Shown here piece after piece: positions 44,963 to 54,436 of a stretch of 64,000 nt of DNA; positions within the stretch are counted from its first letter, which is position 1, and the number at the start of each line of letters is the position of its first letter. This DNA is from Perkinsela sp. CCAP 1560/9 (taxonomy: Eukaryota; Protista; Euglenozoa: Kinetoplastea). The stretch lies in NCBI GenBank assembly GCA_965644495.1, contig CBFFSA010000002.1, forward strand, positions 806,001-870,000, read 5' to 3'. The notes below the pieces were generated by a model. The model ran no database searches. It was not told the origin of the DNA and worked only from the letters and a program-made list of their open reading frames with translations. Both the position numbers and the translations under genes were made by a program.

Positions 44963-46891
44963 ATGAAAATTAAAAGCTCGAAGCGTACGGTGGAACAGCG
45001 CAACCGTAGAGCTCAGAGGTTGTCAGCAAAGTCTCTCAAAATGGAACGCATTCTTCGGCGGCGTTCTGCCGAGGTACTTGACAGTTCACTGGGTGAAAGC
45101 GCATCACAAGCAGCCATCACAAAATTGTATCAAGCTCCAACAACATGTTATGATACACTTCGAGCGTCACTTCTACCGTCTGCTTTAGCGAACGTTGAAG
45201 ATTCTAGCACGGAAAATGCTAGAGACATTGTAAATAGTGACTCGCAGGTTAACCCAATCGCCGGTGAATTAAGCGTCTCGCAATGTATGCTAAACACAGA
45301 TGATCTTGACGTGAAGATTGCCACAAATCTTTCTACTTTATTGCACAGTCCACTGTCACAGCCAATATCACCGAGGCATACCAACCAGATCTCTCACCTC
45401 TGCAACCTTTTTATTTCCCCAACGCGCGGCATACGCACTTCCGTCACCGAAATCATTCGAGACAAAATTCTCTCCCATATAACATCCGACCGAAAAACAA
45501 AGGAACATGGCAACGCGCTACGGCGCAGTGACGACGAAGCGGTAGTTGAGGACTCCGGCTATACAAATTGTACCGTGTTGGTACTGCTCCCAATGCGAAG
45601 CACTGCCCATCACTTTCTCTGTGATCTCCTGCACGAGTACGACACGATCGTTCACCGTGACAAGTTCGAGGCGGAATTCGGTACCTCCATCGAATCCGAT
45701 CCCTCTCGTGGCCCGACGGATCACCGCGACACCTTTCATGGAAACATTGATGACAAGTTCTGTCTCGGTGTCACGCTGGGCCCTCACAAGGCTACGCTGT
45801 ACAGTAAGTATGTGCATTGTAATCTACTCGTGGCTTCCCCTCTGGGGATTGCACACTATTTGGGTATCTCCGGGGAGGAGGGGTACGAAAAGAGAGGCAC
45901 AGATTCCAGTGAGGATTCAGCCTCGTCTTCGCTCTCGGACGCCAGTTCCGGTGAGTCTTCAGAGGAGGAGAGGGACGATGACAACGACGAGACTCTCCCC
46001 GGGGACAAGTCCTATGTCCTCTCCTCCATTGAACTTTTGTTTGTGCCCTGTCTGGAAGTTTTGATGATGCAAAACTGGCAGAGAGTGCTGGACGTCACCC
46101 GAGCCATTAACCGTCCCGTTGCGATGCGTTCCACAGAGGCGCTTGGGGATTTCTCCCGACTCAAGCCATGTTTCCGGGACGGCACTGCACGTCACCTCCG
46201 TCAAAACATTTGCCTTGCACAGTTCTCCCATCCCTACTTTAACGCATTATGGCGAGAGCTCTATCGGGACTCTGTCCTTCCATCTCATCAAATCCATCAA
46301 GAGCAGGAACTTCCCCCTGCGCTCCAGGACGTGCGTGCCCCCTCGGAGCTTCGACAGTATTTCATCCGTATGGAGGAGAGGACACCACAAAGTGCTCACG
46401 CCGACCGTGCGCGGTACTTTCGTGAAAAGTTCTACCCCACAAAACTGTCTCACTTCGTGAACAGTGCCACCCCCGTGCTGCTGGTGGCTGCGGATTACTT
46501 CCACTACGTCTCGCTGCGGTGTTTTCTAGAGGAAAATGCCCAGGAGAGTTACGCGGAGTTGTGTGAGTACACCCCCGAGCGGGACCGGCGCTCCGCGCTG
46601 CGTGACTTTGGCGCCGGCACCGTCTCCATCCTCCTTACCACAGAACGGTTCTATTTCTACCGCCGATACTTTGTGCGAGGCGTGTCGGTGGTGGTGTGGT
46701 ACGGCCCCCCGCTGTTTTCGCACTTTTACCCGGAGATCGTGAACAAACTCGACCGACGGAACCCGTCCGTGTGTGTGATGACGTTGTTTTCAAAATATGA
46801 CGCACACAGTTTGACGCGTTTACTGGGTGAGAAACGTGCCAGGGCCTTTCTTGATCAGAAAGAGTCTTCCGTTTTTCTTATTCATGCCTAG
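44963..46891 (+). CDS. UTP25: U3 snoRNP-associated protein UTP25 (DEF)
   Basis: DDKFCLGV, LYS..LLVASPLGI, LSSIEL, MQNW, TERFYFYRRY..GV..VVWYGPP. Confidence 0.92.
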   Translation: MKIKSSKRTVEQRNRRAQRLSAKSLKMERILRRRSAEVLDSSLGESASQAAITKLYQAPTTCYDTLRASLLPSALANVEDSSTENARDIVNSDSQVNPIAGELSVSQCMLNTDDLDVKIATNLSTLLHSPLSQPISPRHTNQISHLCNLFISPTRGIRTSVTEIIRDKILSHITSDRKTKEHGNALRRSDDEAVVEDSGYTNCTVLVLLPMRSTAHHFLCDLLHEYDTIVHRDKFEAEFGTSIESDPSRGPTDHRDTFHGNIDDKFCLGVTLGPHKATLYSKYVHCNLLVASPLGIAHYLGISGEEGYEKRGTDSSEDSASSSLSDASSGESSEEERDDDNDETLPGDKSYVLSSIELLFVPCLEVLMMQNWQRVLDVTRAINRPVAMRSTEALGDFSRLKPCFRDGTARHLRQNICLAQFSHPYFNALWRELYRDSVLPSHQIHQEQELPPALQDVRAPSELRQYFIRMEERTPQSAHADRARYFREKFYPTKLSHFVNSATPVLLVAADYFHYVSLRCFLEENAQESYAELCEYTPERDRRSALRDFGAGTVSILLTTERFYFYRRYFVRGVSVVVWYGPPLFSHFYPEIVNKLDRRNPSVCVMTLFSKYDAHSLTRLLGEKRARAFLDQKESSVFLIHA

Positions 46892-47206
46892 CTTTAGAGA
46901 TATGAATGACGAGGTCCTTTCATCCACTTTGGAGCCCTATTTTCCGTTTTCCGGACCTAAAGTAGTGCTGAACGAAATTCGGAAAATTCAAATTTTAACA
47001 CTCAATAGGGGGTAAAAAAACATCGGTGCCGCCTAGCCACAACATTGCCCACCGAAGCCAAAATTCAAAGCTAGCGAATTCAACGTTGAACTATTTAGCG
47101 TTTCTCAACATTAAATTGACTAATTGAGGGAATAGTTTATTAGGTCACTTTAGCAATAGTAAAATCTTCGTCCACGTCCTTAGTAACTTTTTCATCCTAT
47201 ATTTCT

Positions 47207-48052
47207 ATGTTTGTCTCTTTACGTGTACGTTTAACATGTGCAAAGGATCCGTTAGCCAAAGTTGATGCACTGCATCCTGCGAGGGTTCGTGGGGCTGTTC
47301 TTCCTCAAGTGCATGACATGTCTCGGCTTATCGAAAACGTTACATTTGACTCATGCCTCAACTGGAGAATAGATGTTGAAGTATGTAAGTGGGACGGCCT
47401 CAAGTGCAACAACAGGGGTGAGATAGATTCCATCGCTTGGTCATTTAATGCTCTCAGATTGCTACCAAGTCAAAGTCTTAAAGGCACAATGAACTTTGAG
47501 TGTCTTCCTCGAACCCTAGAGGCTGCGGACTTTAGAGAAAATCAATTAACCGGGGAAGTGTGTCTGGTAGATCTGCCACCAAACACGCAGGTTTTTGCCC
47601 TTAGTAAGAACTGTTTTACTGGTTCAATCGATTTGACGTCTCTTCCGGAGAGTTTGGAACACCTCTATCTGGACGAGAATCGTTTTTCTGGTGAAATTTG
47701 TATGAACAAGCTCCCGACACAAATGGATTTTCTTTGCCTTGGAGGAAACGCTTTAACGGGTCACGTTGATTTACGTTCCCTCCCGCAGGGAATGACGAGA
47801 CTGAATTTAGATAGAAATCAATTTTCAGGGCCACTATTCTTGAATGATCTTCCACCTAATATGGAAGAACTTCTTCTTGACCATAACAACTTTTCTTCTA
47901 TTGATTTAAGACGACCTCCAAATAATTTGGGTGTGTTCACTTTATCCAATAATAAAGAACTTCGTGGTGAGATTCAGAAATCAAATCTTCCAAGGAATTT
48001 AAAGCACCTGATGTATACTTCTTTTGGTACCAAGCTTAAATTTATTGATTAG
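47207..48052 (+). CDS. LRR protein
   Basis: HPARVRGAVLPQ leader, CKWDGLKC cap, LRRs. Confidence 0.92.
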   Translation: MFVSLRVRLTCAKDPLAKVDALHPARVRGAVLPQVHDMSRLIENVTFDSCLNWRIDVEVCKWDGLKCNNRGEIDSIAWSFNALRLLPSQSLKGTMNFECLPRTLEAADFRENQLTGEVCLVDLPPNTQVFALSKNCFTGSIDLTSLPESLEHLYLDENRFSGEICMNKLPTQMDFLCLGGNALTGHVDLRSLPQGMTRLNLDRNQFSGPLFLNDLPPNMEELLLDHNNFSSIDLRRPPNNLGVFTLSNNKELRGEIQKSNLPRNLKHLMYTSFGTKLKFID

Positions 48053-48391
48053 TTATCACTTTTCGATATGGTCTTTTGTTTTTAAACCGTAATTTGTGTG
48101 CTTTTAATTCGAACTTGAATTCGAACTTGCTTGAATTCGAACTTCTTTGGACACATACTCCCTATATTTCGAACCTTTAATACTATTTGGTGAACTTTTT
48201 GTATGTGCTCTTTGTATAAATTTATATTCTCTTTGTATTCGGGGAAAACTTTTTCCAAGCGCAAATATTTTTGTCATAATAAAAAAAGATATCGCACCAT
48301 ATAATATGGGAAATGTCCTTGTTTTTTTCCTTGTATTATAAATTCCCCACAGCGAATAAGTCACCCCCCTCTTTTTTTTGTACAACGAGGC

Positions 48392-49060
48392 TTAGGGGGG
48401 TTGCGGCACCACTTTTTCGTTCAAAATTTTGAGATCTGCACGTCCCCGCCGTTTTTAGACCTCTTCACAGATAACAAATTAAAACTCATTTTTTTAATGA
48501 CGTTTTTACATAGTCATGCCAATATTACCCGAAAAATCTCATGTTCCTCGACCAGGGGTGGAGAAGGGGGTCAACATGAAAATGGTGTCACAGATCTTCG
48601 CTAGGGGAACGAGATCTCTCGATTGCAACAAAAATGATCAAAAACAGATAACAAACATTCAATTTGTCACGTGGTGGAATATTTGTCTTTGATTGGTTCT
48701 TTCTTGAAACGGTGATAAATCAACTTTTTTAAGCTGTCTCCTTTACTTTTTGTTTGAAGGGGCCTAAGGGGGTTAAGATATCATTTTCTCGTTCAAAATT
48801 CTGAGATCTACACGTTCCCACCATTTTTAGATCATTTTAAAAACTGAAAAAGAATATTGTTTTTAGGTTCTATTTTTTTGCATCGTCATACCACATTAAT
48901 TTAAGAAAACAAACACTCCGCGGCCAGGGGGCACAAGTGGGTCAATATTAAAAAATAGCGGCAAAGATTTTTGCTAGGAGAACGAGATCTCTCGTTCGCA
49001 ACAAAAATCAGCAAAAACGGACAAAAATAATTGAATTTCTCATGGGAGGAGAAGATTTAT
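48392..49060. repeat. two diverged tandem ~370-bp MITE-like units
   Basis: tcgttcaaaatt.tgagatct at 48417 and 48789 (also 12242); gctagg.gaacgagatctctcg at 48600 and 48973, shared with the 5529-6288 MITE. Confidence 0.65.
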
Positions 49061-49394
49061 TTTATTAAAGTGTGAGAAATTGGTCTCTTGAAAAATGTGA
49101 AGAAAGTGATAATCCATCTATCGGATGCACGCATTTGAGAGCCTTGGTTCCATGCTACAACGCGCAAAGTCTTTGTGTTGGGAACAGCAAAATGCAACAA
49201 AAATGAGCTCAAACGGACACTTGGCTGAAAGGTTAGAGGGGGGTGACTTTTCGCTGTGGGGGGTTTATATTACCTTGGTAGGCCCATAATCTATTGTTAG
49301 CATACAGTCTTGCTCCTCTCTTTCTTTTCTGTCGTGTTATTGAAACATCTCTTCCACGATTAAACTTCGTAACGTCATAAAAAATATTGGGAAA

Positions 49395-50144
49395 TTGTTT
49401 TGCTTGTGTTTACATTTAAATTCCATGGATATGCAGGGGAGCACACGCCCCGCAAAGGTTAGTGCTGTCAATCTACCCCAGGAATACAATCTTGTGAAGG
49501 TCATAGAAAAAATAACAAACCCTGACCCCACTTGGTCGTTGGATTCGCCGTCCTGTGAATGGAGAGATGTAGAGTGTGACGAGCAGAAGGAAATAGTTAC
49601 TATTTACTGGTCTCATGCTCAACTATGCGGTCAGCTACAGTTTAAATATGTGCCAACCTCTGTATTGAGTTTCAACGCGGAAGGGAATAAATTGACCGGA
49701 GACGTTCACCTAGACACGTTGCCTTCTAAATTGGAACGTATAAATTTATCTCACAACACTCACACAGGTTCACTGGATTTGTCTCTTCTTCCCACAAGTC
49801 TGGAAAGTGCAGATTTTGGGTGGAATCAATTTTCAGGGGGCATATGCCTCAGCCAATTACCTGCGAATCTACAAAGAATGGATTTGCAACACAATACTTT
49901 TTCGGGAAAACTACGACTTCATAATCTCCCTCTTGCCCTGCAGCGGCTGATTCTCAACGACAATCAATTCGAAGGCAACGTAGATTTACACTCGCTTCCC
50001 CCAGATTTGTGGGCGCTGAGGTTAAGGAACAATCCTGAGTTGTGCAGTGATGTCTGTTTGCGGAAATTGCCATTTGAATTGAAGGATTGGATCGTGTGCT
50101 ATGGCGCAGATTGGGGAAATACCCAAATTAAGATTTCCAAGTAG
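49395..50144 (+). CDS. small LRR protein (recent duplicate of 34468-35217)
   Basis: Only 4 aa differences; flanks 49271-50279 match 34344-35350. Confidence 0.9.
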   Translation: MFCLCLHLNSMDMQGSTRPAKVSAVNLPQEYNLVKVIEKITNPDPTWSLDSPSCEWRDVECDEQKEIVTIYWSHAQLCGQLQFKYVPTSVLSFNAEGNKLTGDVHLDTLPSKLERINLSHNTHTGSLDLSLLPTSLESADFGWNQFSGGICLSQLPANLQRMDLQHNTFSGKLRLHNLPLALQRLILNDNQFEGNVDLHSLPPDLWALRLRNNPELCSDVCLRKLPFELKDWIVCYGADWGNTQIKISK

Positions 50145-50291
50145 GTTTTGAGCGTGCGGACCATTTCGAGTGCTATCCCCCTATTTAATAGTGTTATGTG
50201 AGAGTTGTATTCACCATAGGATTCACCGCAGAATATTCTTCTCTTTATGTCGAGAATGTTGCACTTTCTTGTCTTATACCTTAAATCGGTC

Positions 50292-50368
50292 ATTTTTACC
50301 CCTTAATGACAATTTGACCCCTTAATGACATTTTTACCCCTTAATGACATTTTTACCCCTTAATGACT
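50292..50368. repeat. four ~19-bp tandem repeats ttttaccccttaatgaca
   Basis: Direct inspection. Confidence 0.85.
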
Positions 50369-50529
50369 TTTTCATCACTTAAAGAGTGCTTTACAAAAAA
50401 GTAGTTACGGACTATAAATACTGGAACCATAATGTCTCTTTTCTTTTCCCGGTAAGGCCCCGGAGTTGCGTGAAGGCCTCCATAACCTACAACTACCACC
50501 TTCCCCCCCTATTTAGCGGGGGTCGCGCG

Positions 50530-50671
50530 AGAACAAAACTGGAACAGTATCTCCCGTTAGATTCTTGGGTCACATCAGAATGCTTAACAAACCGGGTGAT
50601 ACCGTTCCAGTTTTGTGGTAGTTTGCCAAATGTGCCTTTAGTATCTCCCTCGTCCACTTTAGCCTGGGTTA
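50530..50671 (+). repeat. diverged, truncated family B terminal palindrome
   Basis: acaaaactggaacagtatctccc...gggtgataccgttccagttttgt...gtatctccctcgtccactttagcctgggtt. Confidence 0.6.
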
Positions 50672-50816
50672 TTATTGTTATCAGAATCATAAATAACTTA
50701 AGGCAGGTTGAATTGCTAGTTTTGGGCTACAACATGTGAAATTGCTAATCTGATTGCTGGTTTTAAACTCATATACCCCCCCACCAATGGACCTTCATGG
50801 TTCATGTATTGGATAA

Positions 50817-51723
50817 TTGCGGTGGTTGTAAAACTACCGCTCTACACTCGATTATTGAAAAAAAAGTGAACAAAAACAGTGAAAATATAAAGAGGAACAC
50901 AGTAATATAAGAGAAGAAAAAAAAATAAAAGGGGACTCCGGTGGACCAAAACTGAAAAAAGAATTTGAAAAAAATGGGGGGTCCAGGGGGGGTCCATGGG
51001 GTGGGGGTCCAGGGGTCCATGGGGGGGGTCATGGTCGAGCAATTTTTTTCGAAAAAATTAGTTTTCGAAACAAAACCGCAGAAAGGGTAGCCGGGGTCTT
51101 GGCGCGCATTTTCCACCCCCCTACCCGGGGGTGACCCCCCCGCGTATCCGCAGGACGGGTCCGCCAAGTTCGGATATTTTCGGAAAAAAAAATTGAAAAA
51201 AATTTCAACTTGGCGAAAAAAATGACAAAAAAAATATTTTTCCAAAATCGTTTCCCCTATTGTATTTTGATAGTTTGGGACCTACACTAGCTTTCTACGC
51301 AGTTGTTTTCGCAAGGTATCACTTCTTCGAACTGTGGTGCGCCCCCCAAAATGACCCATTTTTGACTAAAAAAGGTGAAAAAGTATTTTTCGGACCTAAA
51401 GGGGCATTTTTGTGTCGAAAGAATGGTATGGTTGGAGTCGCATTCTCTACCCAATACGTTCGGTAGGCTTTCATTCATGCCTGCGAGTGATTTCCCACGC
51501 GCAAATGTCGGATTTAGTGCTCTGAGAGCAAAAATATGCGAAAATGACCCCATTTGTACCCGAAATTCGGCTATTTTTGGCTATAATCTTTCCGTTTTCC
51601 AGGCTAAATTTTCTTTTTTAGGCTCTTCGTTAAACGCGGCGGTAGTTTTCAACGCGAAGCGCGCAGCATGAGTGACTTCTAAGTTGAAAGCAACCACCGC
51701 GTTTAACGAAGAGCCTAAAAAAG
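50817..51723 (+). mobile_element. family A2 element, complete
   Basis: 5' TTG hairpin to 3' palindrome 51611-51723. Confidence 0.75.
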
Positions 51724-51974
51724 AAATTAATATTGAGATATTAATGTTGAGAATAGTATTGAGATATTCAGATGAATGGAGGATGGTGATATTCAGTCTC
51801 CACAACGATAAAGATACCGTTTCTGTAAAGTAGAGCTCTTCCAAAGCTTAACATGTTACCTAAATCTGACCAAAAGTACGTGACCAAAAAAGTAGTAACT
51901 TTAGTAATTACTAGTAGTAATTACTAGCCTGTTTACTACTTTTAGTAATTACTAGTTTACTAGTCCAAGCTATG

Positions 51975-52246
51975 GATTTGGCCCTTTTGGGGCTGACCCC
52001 CAGTAATAGAGATTTGGATCGGGAGCCCCGCAGGAAGCGTGTAGGGGGTAGGGGTGAGTGTCCGCATGTCGGGGGCCTCGGGGGTAACCCAAATAAGCGT
52101 TTTAACACGTTTTCAGAAGCAAAAATGGAGCGATTTCCTAAAAAGTTGGAGGAAAAGATGAAACTGGCCAAAAAAGTATACCCCCCCAGTAAGTGAGATT
52201 TGGTCATTTTGACCCAAAACCCATTCTCTTACTGGGGGGTATACGG
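51975..52246. mobile_element. CCGTA-type MITE, left end lost
   Basis: Collinear with ~4280-4561; ends ggggtatacgg|TA. Confidence 0.75.
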
Positions 52247-52387
52247 TAGGTGCCCCGAGGCCGGGTTAACATCTCTATACATATTCCGGGGGTATGTCAT
52301 CCCGGAATGTTCACTATTTTTTCTATTGATACTTTGTGTTGAGCAGCTGTGGAGCATCACGTACATTTTTTTACAAAGTTTACTTGT

Positions 52388-53191
52388 ATGCTGCCTGCTA
52401 TTACTGTTGACAGTTTAGGAAAAGCTGCTCGGGTACGAGGTGCCACTCTGCCACAGGAATATCAACTTTGCCGTGCACTACAAAATGTTTCGTTTTGTGA
52501 TCACTCATGGACCACAGAAACATTGGCGTGTGAGTGGCTAGGTGTGGTATGCGACGAGAATTTAAAGGTCATAGAGATTGAATGGGCTCTTAGGTCACTT
52601 GATGGAATTATTTCTTGGAGAGACTTTCCTCACACCTTACGGAACCTGTATCTGGGGAACTACGTGGGATGGGGAGCTGAAGTAAACCATCTCACAGGTT
52701 GCCTTCCAATGCATGAGTTACCCTTTAGTCTTCGAGAACTTGGAATTGCTAATAATCAGTTTGACGGTACGTTGGATTTGCAAAATTTTCCAAAAGAGCT
52801 TGAACATTTTGATGCACCCAATAATAGTTTCGTTGGTTCCGTTGTACTTCATGCGTTGCCAATTACTATGACACATTTGTATCTTGGAGAGAACTCACTT
52901 TCAGGTACTATAGATTTGACGCGTCTTCCCCCCAAAATGGAAGTGCTGTGTCTGCATTGCAATACATTTTGTGGCAGTCTTAATTTAACTAATTTGCCGA
53001 AAAACCTTGAAGAGCTTTATTTAGGCGATAACATGTTCAACGGAGTATCCGATTTTTCTTCCCTGCCGTTGTCTTTGCAGTGCTTGGAACTGAAGGCCAA
53101 CGCTGATCTTTGCGGAAATTTTGACGCAGTTCCCCTTCCTTTGAAGGGTATTTCTTGCCTAGGAACACGAATTCGTTGTCCCAGCGCTTAA
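52388..53191 (+). CDS. LRR protein
   Basis: AARVRGATLPQEYQL leader, CEWLGVVC cap, LRRs (ORF open from 52349). Confidence 0.92.
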   Translation: MLPAITVDSLGKAARVRGATLPQEYQLCRALQNVSFCDHSWTTETLACEWLGVVCDENLKVIEIEWALRSLDGIISWRDFPHTLRNLYLGNYVGWGAEVNHLTGCLPMHELPFSLRELGIANNQFDGTLDLQNFPKELEHFDAPNNSFVGSVVLHALPITMTHLYLGENSLSGTIDLTRLPPKMEVLCLHCNTFCGSLNLTNLPKNLEELYLGDNMFNGVSDFSSLPLSLQCLELKANADLCGNFDAVPLPLKGISCLGTRIRCPSA

Positions 53192-53440
53192 TCTCTGAGT
53201 GAATGGTGAAATTATCAAATCCAGGAGCTTTTCTGAAGGCTACGCATTCATTTGGGGCGTTAATCATTGCTGTTTTTTTTAGAAAATGACATCATAAATT
53301 ATTGTTTCGTTTACTACACATTATTAAAATGTATTCCCTGTATAACACTCCTGAATATCAACCTTTACACTTCTTTCGTTTTTTACTTTTTTCTCTTTTC
53401 CGCTCTCTGCTTTCTTCTCTCTGTCCTCAAAATCTCGCCC

Positions 53441-54259
53441 ATGTCTTTTCGTTTTACCCAGTCCGTCACCCGGGTGTTCCAACATTACCTTCAGCTCGAG
53501 GCAGCACGCAAGCGTGTGTTGCTGCAACGCATGCGTGGGCGCTGTGACGGAGTCCGGGTGCTGTGTGATGCTTACTGCCGTGTTCTGTCCCTTGAAATAG
53601 AAGACACAGCACTGTACACCGACGAGAAGGGAAGACTGCGGAACCCCGACCGGTTGTGCCTGGCCGCACGCGGGGCTGTCTGGGATGCGGTCCAAAAAAT
53701 ACACCAGCTCAAACTCGCCGAGAAGTCACGCATCGGGACGGCCCCAGCGGGGGCTCAACCTGATTCCATGACAGATTGTCTTACTCTCCGTCCCCACCCG
53801 TTTGAGGCGATCCTGGGCACACATGAGTGTCCTCCGCCTTCTTTATTTGGGGCCACAGGGTCGAGATCCTCACAGCGTTCGGTGAGTGAGGTGCCAGCTG
53901 GTCTTCACGGGCCTCGCAGCACTCCAGCATTTTCTGCCGTTATTCCCTCCTGGATGCGTGCCGCCCACGCGGAGGGCACTTCCGGGATTGGCGGCACAGC
54001 ATCGTCGCTGAACAAACACATGATCTCCGTCATGCTCGCGGCGGAGGATGAGAGCCGGTGTGTGGAGTTGCAACGTCAGGCAATGGCACGAGAAGAGCGA
54101 AACTTTTGGCAGCGAGTAGATGTGATACGAAAGGCACAGCGAAACACAATCAAAAACCTTGATACGCGCAGGACGTATAAAGATTTTGACTACGCCGCGC
54201 AGAACCGGGAAGGGGGGCCGGGCAAGAACGCGAATATAGCGGTGCGTCATGTCAGCTGA
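53441..54259 (+). CDS. hypothetical protein, probable mitochondrial presequence, possible YbaB/EbfC-like N-terminal domain
   Basis: ATG after a pyrimidine tract; MSFRFTQSVTRVF; helix-GRCDGVRVLCDAYCRVLSLEIED-helix pattern. Confidence 0.6.
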   Translation: MSFRFTQSVTRVFQHYLQLEAARKRVLLQRMRGRCDGVRVLCDAYCRVLSLEIEDTALYTDEKGRLRNPDRLCLAARGAVWDAVQKIHQLKLAEKSRIGTAPAGAQPDSMTDCLTLRPHPFEAILGTHECPPPSLFGATGSRSSQRSVSEVPAGLHGPRSTPAFSAVIPSWMRAAHAEGTSGIGGTASSLNKHMISVMLAAEDESRCVELQRQAMAREERNFWQRVDVIRKAQRNTIKNLDTRRTYKDFDYAAQNREGGPGKNANIAVRHVS

Positions 54260-54436
54260 TGGGGGGATGTAAAAGGCTCGTTTATTTTTTATGAAAAGCC
54301 TATTTTTATTCTTGTTTGATACGACTACACATTCACCCTACCAAAGTTCAACACAACACCGCTTATAAAGTAGATTACATCCACAAGCGTCCTACACACC
54401 TTTCAAAATGTCACTTTCCACACACGCCACGTTCGC

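Noticed and set aside
36311-50522. 14-kb composite transposon bounded by inverted ends at 36311 and 50522
   Set aside because: Ends are clearly diverged, no TSD seen, and the interval holds single-copy housekeeping genes; more likely two independent insertions
4090-51723. Flip-flop inversion of the palindrome centre, as in parvovirus termini
   Set aside because: In all copies with an attached body the central spacer has the same orientation relative to the body
51804-51827. Second SL relic (aagataccgtttctgta)
   Set aside because: Short match with a mismatch and no TTG|GT end; compatible with chance
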